Assembly: GCF_902459465.1 (NCBI RefSeq)
Contig: NC_047066.1
Span: 20,584,001-20,648,000, forward strand
Reading direction: 5' to 3'
DNA length: 64,000 bases
Source of the DNA: Asterias rubens
Lineage: Eukaryota
How positions within the stretch are numbered: position 1 is the first letter of the stretch; each line of letters starts with the position of its first letter. Below, piece after piece: positions 10,656 through 22,300 of this stretch. The notes under the pieces are model-generated. The model was given only the letters and a program-made list of their open reading frames with translations, was not told the DNA's origin and did no database searches. Position numbers and translations under genes: made by a program.

Positions 10656-13600
10656 ACAGTTTTAGAAACGGGTACTTTTGAAAACACCACGGGACCGCTT
10701 GGGCATTTTGCAGCCGTATACCACCGCGACCATCCTTTGCTTTAGCAAGCGACCAACGGTGCAGATGCCTCTCTGCAGACTGATCACTATTGTGGGGTAG
10801 CCTCAGACACCACTGAACAACTCCGTCACTGTCATCGAAACCATTCGATCTCATCATATTCACAGTCCATATTAGACATGAATAGTGCCTACAATATGAC
10901 GTATCGAATAGATTGTCTGTCAACATGGCTGTCAATGTGCTTTCTTTCACTGGAAGATTGTTTTATAAATATCTTAACTGAAGCTGATGATCATTGACAA
11001 CATCTATCGTCAGCCATTTTGTAGATCTATCGAGCCCCGAAATGACGTAATGTGAGCCCAAAAATAAAGGTGTTTTTTTTTACGTGATCGCCCACAGTTC
11101 TTGTACGAGTATATAACCCTTGAACAACAACAATAAACCTAATCATGTGGAACTTAATCATGTGGAACTCAACCAACTACTAATACCATGTACTTAAGTA
11201 ATCTGATTTACATGTATTTATGGACTTTTGCAGTAAAATAACTTATATCCAAGCGTAACGTGCGATCTGCCATCAACGGCCTCTTTCTGAGCGAAAGTGC
11301 TGCACTACAGCGAACAATTTGTACGCGTGGTTTGTGACAAACAAAACTGTCGGGAAAATGTGATTGTGTATATTAGACAACTAATTATAACATTAACAAA
11401 AAGTTTTTATCGAATTATTATGTTAGCTATGTAAATTGTCAATATAGAACAGGATTTTATTTTTGCCAAATAGACTACACGACATGGTATTGTTAGGTCC
11501 ATCCACCCAGGAGTTTTGAAAATACTGTTCAGTTAGTTTTGTATTTGTTTAACTAGCATTATCAGTATTCCAACATGACATCGATTATCACTTCTACTCC
11601 GCCAACGGAAGATTCGCCATAATCATCCAAAGCTTTAAAGTTTTACTTTATGATACTTTCAAGTTATGTTTTATTTATTTGTTTCAAACACTTATAGACC
11701 TGACGTTATCTATTCTTGGTCATGTATGGTTATAAACGAGGAAAACCAAAAGTTTAAACTACAAGTTTCCTAATTTTCTGACCCCTATTTCAATAATACA
11801 CAGTACACTCTGAAAATAGTTGGGCCGGAACTACTTTCATCATAGAAACAAATATCCTCAAAAAATCAGTAGTTATGTTGATAAACCAAACCGAAATTGG
11901 CACATCGAGGGTGAGACCCCCCCCCCCCCAAACAACTCAGATATTGGCAAATAACTCTAAAATGACATCGTCACAAGTCAGGTTGATTGAAGTGGTTGTT
12001 GATGAGAATAGATTAACGCTCTCTTTAAAAAAAAAACAATGTATCGTACATTAACCAATTAAGGGGAAATCAATACGATTAACTGTCAACATTATGCGTA
12101 ATTAATATTTTCTTCTCCTAGGCTACCCATCACAAATATAATAATGAATGAAAATAAGAGCTAAATGTTAATAATCACAAGCAATAATTTCCATGGTTGT
12201 GGTAAAGGTGTTCGTTTTGTTTATTTGAGTGTGGATGTTTTACTGAGTTACTAGTCCGTGGTCCCAAAACATGTGCTCATTTTCGCTAGGCCTCGAAAAA
12301 AGGGGGAAAATAAAAGGACTCCAATTCTCCACACAGGGACATTTTGTGTACAAAGTCTATGGGGAACTGTTATTGTGCAGGGACAAGGATGCATTTGCAT
12401 CCTGATGATGAGAATGTGAGAATGCCAGTGTGTCCAAAATACATTGCCGTTTTTGTTCACAGATTTACGTCTTCGTTTTTGCTTTACAAGTTGTGGAATG
12501 TTTTAGTACATAACATTATTAATGTCACAGAAGTAATTAATGGGCATCATCACTATCGTTGAGTTGGGGGGAAAACGTGTGAAAACCCCCAACAAATCCA
12601 ATAGATCTAGTTACAGTGATCTGCCTACCAGCGACTTAGCACGAAGATTGTCTATTCTAACAAAAACAGTTTAAGCCTGTTATACCATGCTCTTTCGGAG
12701 ACGTAGGTGGCAGTAGACAGACCAGGTATAATAGAGGGCACCACAAACATGAACATAATTATTTTATGCAATACACTGTGCAACAAGAACGGGAGGGAAT
12801 TGTTTTCTCTGAAGAACCTTTAACAATTTTAGGAACAAAAGTATTTACGTTATGTCCAATTGTACAGTAACAGAAAAGTGAATCAATAATTGCCTATTTT
12901 CATTTCTTATGCTATCTCTTGTTTAACTTCTATGTAAAGTTGTTTATTGTTTACTCTGGTTGCCGTGGTTTAATTCCGTACATAATGGTGCATTTCCATC
13001 CACTATGCATGTTTATCGGTCAAGATTTGTTGTTTCCGTAAAAAATATATACGTATAAAAAACAACACTTAACATTTCAGTTTATAAGAGATAACTTTTC
13101 TTTTCCAGAAAAGTCGTTTGACTGTAAAATCATTCATTTGAAAGTCACCCTGGGAAATAAATAATTAATTCAAAGTCAATAATAAAAAATAATAAAAAAT
13201 TCATTAGTCAACAAGTTTCGTGACTCCGATGTATAACGACTCCTTGTAATATTAAAAACTAATTAAATTGATCAGTTAAGGTAAAATCGACTTTCGCCAG
13301 ACCTATCACTATTAGCTTAATGTTGCTTTTAACTTGCAACAAAGATCCACCAATATGCAATCATTGCCATCAAGAGGTTGTGGGTTCGAATCCCACCAAG
13401 CTAACCGCTGATTTCAAAATAACTAAAGTATACAAGTATTGTCATGTAATACTGAATCACAAATTGATTTGTGCAATTTTAAAAAAAATCATAGACATCA
13501 ATTACCAATGTCTATATGAGAGGGAGATGGCTGTTGTTGCAAGCTTGTACTTTATATCCCCTTGTGGGAGTTTGCCGAGTTCCCTTCATGGGAAGATCAT

Positions 13601-14169
13601 TGAGGGAAACTTGCAGGGGTATAATTTTGCAACACTTTGGCCTACGGAAGAAGAATGACTCAATCAACCATAAAAAAATGATAAGTTCGCGCCTCTTATT
13701 TTTTTCATTTGGTGATAAACAGGAAGGAAAAACAAATCAAAGATCTAAAATCCTCCAAATTGAAACTTCCTGACAAACCTCACACGCCTGGACTTAACTT
13801 TAGATTTGCATTATACATGTACATTTGAACCTCAATCGTTCAGATTTAAAATGGGGTGGAGTACGCGGGGGGGGGGGGGTGCATGAACAATTACATCACT
13901 TTTTTCGTCTCAGCTGTCTCTTTACAAAGAGCCGATGGTGGCAGTATACAAGGTTCGCATGGCTTGCCATTATTTATTGATCGTGCAATTTCTTACCGTG
14001 ATGCCGATAGTGCGCCCTCTTGGTTTTAATTACTACAACTCGGGGTTTTGAGTTGCCACTGCTCGTGTCAGACGCAATAGTGTCCGCTCGGCCGAACATG
14101 ATGATGCACTTAGCTTGTAAAACAAATGCCATGGCATTTAATTTACTGCAAGGACGGTTTTGCACGGGG

Positions 14170-14337
14170 GCGGACACAACTGCATGTGCAAATGTGTCCG
14201 GGCAGACACAATTACGTTATGCAGCAGCGCCCGGGCGGACACGATTGCATATGCAAAACCGTCCGGCGAACATTATTGCATATGCAATAATGTCCTCCAG
14301 ATAGTATTGCATAGAGGACATAATTGCATGCGACACC
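14170..14337. repeat. Array of ~30-bp palindromic units centred on TGCATATGCA
   Basis: Units such as cggacacaactgcatgtgcaaatgtgtccg, gcggacacgattgcatatgcaaaaccgtcc and gaacattattgcatatgcaataatgtcc; about 5 abutting units, no spacers. Confidence 0.7.
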
Positions 14338-15025
14338 CGCTGTGGTAAACTGGCAACGAAATTTCTGATAATACAAGACAGTAGATTTTGAAACAAATGA
14401 AATCAACAAATTAATGGGAGAACACTTATGTTTAATTTTAATAATTTAAAAAACGTGCCAGCATGTTTTAATCATCAGTACTATACAAATCATTTTAAAA
14501 TCACAATATAATCGTTTTCTATACAATCATTTGATAAAAATCTATTTAGATTTAGGTGGGAAAGTCAGCTTCAATTCGATATTGTGACACTAGTGGTTTT
14601 TATCAAAATATTTTAAACAAATTATTGCTTTCAGTTGTGTAAATTTTCAAGACTTTCTTGGTTGATGTCTAGTTTAGGCAGATTTGGAGCTGGGTTAAAA
14701 AACAGCACACTATCCATAAAAGTGTGGGAAAATTATAGAAAAACAAATCTAGATACTCCCATCTTTACATACAATGGCTGAAGTTCCCCTGCGTCTCTTT
14801 CTCTTTTTACCTCAACTTCAAACAAATTTGGGTATGCTGTTTATCCCTTGTTGAGCAAGAATTCTTTCTCATGCTGACCGAATAATTAATCTTGCTTGGC
14901 ACAGACAAGGGGGTGGGTTGACTCAAGGCCTTTTATCCTGTCCCTATAAAATTGGTGAACAAGTTCAACACAGGCACATAGAGACTTATGTGAATATTAT
15001 GATATGTGCTCTACAAGAACGGTTC

Positions 15026-15031
15026 TTTATT
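15026..15031 (-). terminator. Candidate polyadenylation signal of GLT1D1
   Basis: AATAAA on the - strand about 65 nt downstream of the GLT1D1 stop. Confidence 0.5.
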
Positions 15032-15096
15032 GTTATATAAACTGCTTTCTTCGTCCGATGGATCCACTCAAAGCTTCAGCTTGCAAGCTTATTCTG

Positions 15097-15246
15097 TCAA
15101 GGCAGCATTTTCTTGATGAGACCAGTGTACATGAACCTCTCTGCTTGTGCTGAGTGACAGGATTCGACCAACTGCTTGGCCTTTGCAGTGATTACTGACC
15201 GCTGCTCAGGGTTCATCAGAAGATCTTTAGCCAAGAAGATAAATTC
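15097..15246 (-). CDS. GLT1D1: GLT1D1 terminal exon ([16 protein letters not shown]...IKKMLP*)
   Basis: ttttcttctttatag|GAA; 49 codons + TGA. Confidence 0.93.
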   Translation of the reverse strand, partial: EFIFLAKDLLMNPEQRSVITAKAKQLVESCHSAQAERFMYTGLIKKMLP

Positions 15247-18200
15247 CTATAAAGAAGAAAATAATGGGAAAAGTAAGTTTCAGATTGAACCAGAGGAAAA
15301 TGGGAAGAGGACACTAGGTGGCAGCAGCCAGGGATCAATTCTTCTCAAAAAATATACCATATTTCTTTACAAGTAAATGTACATAAATATAACGTACTGA
15401 AAACTGTAATGAAAAAAACGATACAAAATTAACATAGAAAAACACAAGACAAATTCTCCCTATTTATTTTTAAACAGAGAAACTATAAAGCCTAACTGCA
15501 AAAAAAAAACCATGGTTGTATGCACAAAGTCTTTCAAATCGTATTAAATTATATTTTATGGTTTACTCATCAAAGGAAAGAGAGACAAATAAAATGGTTC
15601 AAAACAACTGATTTGTGAGATTCTCAGTTCAATGAATTCATTGGTTAACAATTGAAAAATATGACAAAATATATATTCACTGGGAGGGAATTGTACAAAT
15701 AAAATACAATACAATAATAGCATATAAATCAGTGACAGGTAAACATATCAATCAATTAGGAATAATGTATGAGGAAATATTATGCAACAGAAATCAGACA
15801 AATCAAAAGAATTGGAATGTTAAGCAATAACATAAAACATACCAAGACAAAAGTTCATCACAACAATTATGTAATTAAACCAGTGAGATTACATCAAAAA
15901 TGCAATACAAGACAATTCAATTTACAAATTGTTGATGTAAAAACAAGTAATGCAAAGCAATACAGTACATGTATATACATTTACACACTTGTTTAGGGGT
16001 GTGGAGGGTCGAGAGGTTTGTGGCAGTGGGTTTCTACAATAGGATTTCGGGCCTGAGGAAGTTTGAGCTGGAGGGGAAAGTAAGTGTTCCCCCTAGGCTA
16101 ACCATGAAATAGAGAAACCTCAAGCATAAAATACAATTGACATAAAATATCACACATGCTGCAAGAGGAAACAGGTTGCCTACCCCCCCCCCCCCACCCC
16201 AACACCCTCTCCCTTTCTGAGGGATATAACTGTACCCCCTCAAAGGATTTGGGTACTTTTTGTAGCACAAAACACAATGATCACAGATTTACATTGAACT
16301 AAGCCGTTTAAAAATAATGGTAATAGACAGCTTACCTTAAAATATTAGTTGCTGAGGTGCTGTAGTTTTGGGAAACGACATGAACGAGTAAAACATTGTC
16401 ATGAAAAAACGTTTTTACATGCTAACATAATTTAATGATCACTGAGACCAAAATATTTTCATAACATTGCTTTACTCATTTCTCATAACCTACAGCACAT
16501 CAGCCAGTAATATTTTCAGGGAAGCTTTATCTTCAAACTGTGTGAGTTTATTGTAAATCTGTGGACATTGTGTTTTTGGTCCTACAAAAAGTACCCAGAC
16601 CCTTTAACAGTGGTTTACTGGCCAAATGATGGTTGAAATAACACAGGACCAGTAAATATTTTCTCCAAGTGGTTCCACTTGGGCCCAATTTCATGAAGCT
16701 GTTGAGCGGAAAATACTGCTTGACAAAATTCTTTGCTGAGCAAAAATTGAGTGGGACACCAGTCACAACGGTGTCACCTTTTGGCAGGTAACCTGTTTCT
16801 GTTAAGCATAAATTGTCTGTGCTTAGCAAGCTTTGTGCTCACAGGTTTTATCAAATTGTAGCCATTTTTTTTTTTAAACATACACATCTACTAAATATGA
16901 AATTTGGACCAGTGGAGAATCTGACTGTGAAAACTAAAAGAAACCACTAACTGGTCCTGCTGACTAGTTACAGCAAACCCTGGCTAACTCAATGCAATGG
17001 TACTGACCTGTGGAGTGTCATACAGCAGACCAGTCTGTCTATGTTCAACTAGTGTTCTGTTTCCTGGTATGTTGCGTGCTATCACTGGTACACATAAATC
17101 CATAGCCTGCAATGTTACCAAAAGGAGAAAAAATATGTACATTTATTGACCCATCTTGCAAAGTCACAGTGTTTTGTGCCAACTACGGTCAATTGGTGTG
17201 CAAAACTAAGAGTTACTGTCACTTCAATAAATACAATGTACAGCAGCTAAAAATTTATAACAAATTTTAATTTCAGCACTGAAAAGTCTGTCTTATAATT
17301 TGCATGGAATCTTAAACCACTATTTGAAGCACCTAGAATTGACTTTACTGTAGGGCACTTGCCAGTCATTGGTATGTGGGTAAACTGCGAGTGTGCACGC
17401 GAGCTGATATTAGCTTGCAGTACACAAGAAGTTCAAGAATTAAACAGAATCTGGACCAGTAACCATGCAGACGAGCTTGTGTTCTCGAGCATCAAAAATG
17501 CTTGATAACAGTTCAACAGGAAATCTGTCCCAGCAGATTCTGTCCCGCATTTGGTAAATTAATATGAGCTGGAGGATGATAAAACAAAAGAGGGCGATAG
17601 CAGAAGAAGTACACAGTTGAAGTATCAGTACACGTACAGTTCGCCGTATGGGGGACAGAATCTTTGAGGGGACAACAAATCGTGCCACACCAGCACTATA
17701 TACATGTCAGTTATTATTATTAACTACACTGTACCTCTAGTATAGCAGTGGACATGCCTTCACTCAGCGACGAGTTGACTACAGCAGTACATTCTTGCAT
17801 GGCTTTATGGCAGTCATCTTGTGCTAAAGGTTCTATCATCTCAACCCCTGGCAACCTGCACACACAAAGTAAAAAGAAATTAAGTTATTAACAAAAATAC
17901 ATGATGTGAACTGGCGCTCATCACCAGGCACACTCTGTGGTCGAGTGGTTAGCTCAACGTGATAATGGTGAGAGTAACTATAAATATAAATATGAATAGT
18001 AAACTTGCGGGTACAACCATGAGTAAAATCTCTTTTGAAGGAGTGGTGCAGAGCCAATTTGGTCTTGACGTTTCAAACAGTATACTCTGCTCGTCTTCAG
18101 GAGAATGGTGGTTCTAAACCCACCCGAGTAGAATCTGAATTTGAATGTAAGGACACTGCTCACGACCAGACAGAAAGCATCATCAAGAGTGACAGTGTAA

Positions 18201-19284
18201 AGCCACAAAGTCAAGAAAAATTGGTCAGTCAAGGGCGCGTGTTTACCTCCAACCTGACCATGTGTATTTTGGACATGATGCTGTACAGCAGGCCTGGAAT
18301 TTCATCATAAAGAGGGCAACACCATTTTCAATTTGCAAAGGTCACTTCCATTTAAAAATCTTTATGTGCACCAGAGAAGTCACTGCCTTCGTGTAGTTAC
18401 AAGAGGTTCGATCCAAGAGTTTCAACGTTGGACACAACAAAACTTCCTGAAGTTAAATGATGATAAGACAGAGTTCCTTTTATTTGGGTCACGTCAACAG
18501 TTAACTAAGGTTTCAGTGCCATACATCTCCATCGGTGATGCTCGGATAGCTCCCTCGCTGAAAGCTCGGAACTTGGGGGTTATTTTTGATTCATCGATGA
18601 CACTTCAGCCACACATCAACAATATTGTTCGTTTATCATCATATCACATCAGGAATATAGGTAAGATTCGCAAGTACTTGGACAAAAGTGCCACTAAAAA
18701 GGTCATTCACGCATTTGTTACTTCCCGCTTGACAACGGCAATGCTCTTCTCTACAGTCTTCCTAACAACCAGATTTCCCGACTTCAACGGCTCCAAAATA
18801 CTGCTGCCCGCATTGTGACACTGTCTAGAAAATCCTGTTCTATCATCCCCATTCTGAAACAACTACACTGGCTCCTTATCTCTCAACGAATCATCTTCAA
18901 GCTGATGCTCATTGTCCACAAAGCTCTAAATGGCAAGGCTCCCCACTATATTTCTGAACTGCTTCAAGTTTACACTCCATCAAGGAATCTTCGATCAAGT
19001 TCCATTCTTCTCCTCATTGAACCCAAGTCTCGACACTCATGGGGTGACAGGTCTTTTTCTTCAGCCGCGCCACGCATCTGGAACTCTCTACCACTTAATC
19101 TTCGATCTTGTGTTTGTACCGCAAAATTCAAGTCTCTTCTCAAAACTTATCTTATGTCACAGGTTTTCAATGACTAATTTTGTTGTGTCTGTTTTTCTTT
19201 GTGTTGTGTTTTTGTTTTTGTTTTGTTTTTGGTTTTACTGCGCCTTGAACACCCAGCAGGGTGGATATGTGCGCATTACAAGTC

Positions 19285-19325
<41 letters not shown>

Positions 19326-22300
19326 GTTACAGGCATCATACAATGCACACTGGGGTTAAGGTAAAACGGAAACAATAAATACAACCTTTTTAAAAACACA
19401 CACGTCTCTCAATTAACATGATATTTTATCTCACTTAGAGTGAAAGTTCATTATCTTTAATGAAGAGTAAATCCAAGGTGCAGCATACATTCCCTTAACC
19501 TTAACACCACCCCCCCCCCCCCCCCCGCCCCAATATCCCAGTAAGCCCAAACTGAAAAGAACTAAAGATAAAGAGGTACCACATGTACATACCGTTTTGC
19601 GGTTACTTTGACCTTTTCTGCAAACTGATTATCCAAACATGGTCCCATGATGACAAGATAAATACTCCTGTTCTCATTATGCCACTCTGTAAAAAGAAAA
19701 CAAGGAAAAGACCTTCTGAAAAAAAATTCTCACCTGTAGCACATTGTCCATGTTGGACAATGATATTACTTACATATCCAACACAAAATGAAACAGACCC
19801 CCCTGCAGCTTTAAGCCATGTCCGTTCAAGTCTTTGGCGTTCAACTGTGTCTTTAAGAGGTAAGTGAAGTGCATCTACATCCAAGTTTCAAGTTTATCAT
19901 GAATTTGTTATTCCTTTCATGTTGTGTTTTCTGTAACATTTTTTGACTATAGCAACCCTCATCTTTTGATATACACTTTTATTTGAGAATTTGAAAAAAA
20001 AAAATAAATCTTGCTGCCTTTGAAGTAAAAACATTCAGTCAGTAGTGCAAAGATATTGTAGTATGAACAATATCAAAAAGGTATCAACAATGCAAGTGAG
20101 TGAAGTAAAAGACCGATCCATTAGGCTCCGCCCAATCGCACGTGTGAGCAAGAACACGTGAGCCTCTCCAATGCCTCTCTGCACAACTCTGCCGCGTTCG
20201 CCAAAGCATACGCGCACGCATGTTGGACTTTATTTGTCGGACCTTCAAAACGCAATGGGGCGGAGCTTAATGGATCGGTCTATTGTTCCATTGTATAAAA
20301 AGAAAAAAAAACAATCAGAATACCTGAAAAACGGTGAGCCAGATACAATGGATCCTTGACTGGTCTCATTCCAGCCACCAACAGAAATATCTTGCTGTGA
20401 TCTGGAATGCCACACGCATCACGAAGATGGAGGTGAAAATCAAAATGGCTGGAGGGTGAGGTTACAACTCCTAAAAGAGATCAAGAACACAAGTAGACTT
20501 TAATCAAATAATCACCAGGGTCAAAATTCATAAGGTGGATAAAGCAGGAGAACAATCAAGAGTCAAAGTTCATGGAGAACAAAAATGATATGTGAAAGTT
20601 AACACATTTAGTGTCTCAAAGCGCTTCACAAAGAAAAACATTATAAAATACAGAATGAGAAGTTACAAAATGAAATATAAATTATAAATACAGAAAAAGC
20701 AGCAGGAACTGGTTTCATATCAGTTTTTATGTGGTGCGGCAATTGTGCAGGTGACAAGTGTGAGAAAGAGCGATGGCATGTACTCGATGGTACACTTGGT
20801 ATTTTGGCTGGTTAAACTTTTGCCAGTTAGCGAAATGTTTAAATGCTTAGATAATAAGGTTGTTTTGGATGAGCGATCCAGAGCACCAAACTAAAATTCT
20901 TTGTTGTCGGAGTCTGGGTTCCATTCACAGCACTTGTGTCCTCGAGCGAGATACATAATTGTATCCAGACTCAACATCAGCTATTTCCCCACTAATTTCA
21001 AGAGCATCCTTACCTTGTGGCTGGGTGTACAGTCTGCTACCAATGTCAGGCTGCAAAAAATAATTAAATCTTAAGTTAAACTATTTAACTAGGGTAATTT
21101 AACAGTTATTCAAATTGCATTGATTTAAGACCAGAATTCTGGATTTCATGGGAATTTTTTTTTAATGAAAAATGTAAATTTGTCGATCATGGCACTGATT
21201 ACCAGAGAATTCTGCACTCACAGTGCAAAATTTGTAGGCCATACATGTACATGTAAGCGCAGAATGAAAACATTGTTGCCCACAGTATACTGCGGTAGTA
21301 GAAAAATATGTCCAGTTTAGTTCAAAGAAAGGGTCAGAAAGTTTTGTTTATACCTATGCATGCTACACATAACTAAGCATTCTTTGCTCACACAAATAGT
21401 GCAGTAAGTTAAGTGGTAATTGGTGAACTTGAGAACAAATTTCTATGGCAGGAAGAGCCATGAATAATGGAGCTTGGTTTTCCTGAACATGTCTTACATT
21501 ATATTTTGACAATCAGGGCCCAATTTCGTAGAGCTGCTTAAAAATAGAATTTTGATTGACACGTTTCTGCTTAGCAGAAATGAGCAGGATACCAGTCACA
21601 AATTGTAGCCTACATGTGACATGGAAGTTTGAATGGTAACCATATTTACCGTGCTTAACTGATTTGTGTGCTTAAGCAGCTTTATGAAATTGGGCCCAGA
21701 TATTGGAATATATGGTCAATGAAATGCAAATAACCACAACATTTTTGTTTAGTTTGCTATAGCTTTTGCCTTGAGTGACATAGCCTTGCTCAAGGCAGTC
21801 GCATTATTCGCTCCGAAAAGACGCTACTGTAAACCCACCCATATACCCTGTGAGTGGTGCGTGTAATCACACCGCATGACCCACCCGTATACACACTGTC
21901 ACATCGTACGACTACTGTGCACACAAGTCATCCGCACTCGTACCACTAACCGCATGCGGAGGCCGTCAGGCCGACAGCCTTGTTGGGTCTGTAACTTCCG
22001 GGTTTAATGTGTTTCATGAAAAAAAATTCCACTAGTGGAAAAAAATGGGTGGGCTCTTGGACATGCTGGTATGCAGCTCATGAATATGTGTATCTTTCGT
22101 CAGACCAATTGCAGACGACACAGGATGGGAAGCAAATGAATTATTCATTTTGACGTCAAATCACGCACTTCCCTTATCACGACCTTTGGACCCTATCATG
22201 CTCGCTGAGCGTCCGTGGTGGTGGTGTGTGATGTAAATATGTCTTGTCTTTCGCGGGCATTATGGTAATGAGCTGACCGTGGGAACTATTCGCTTATTAT

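Noticed and set aside
14170-14337. CRISPR-like palindromic repeats
   Set aside because: No unique spacers, no cas genes, eukaryotic context.
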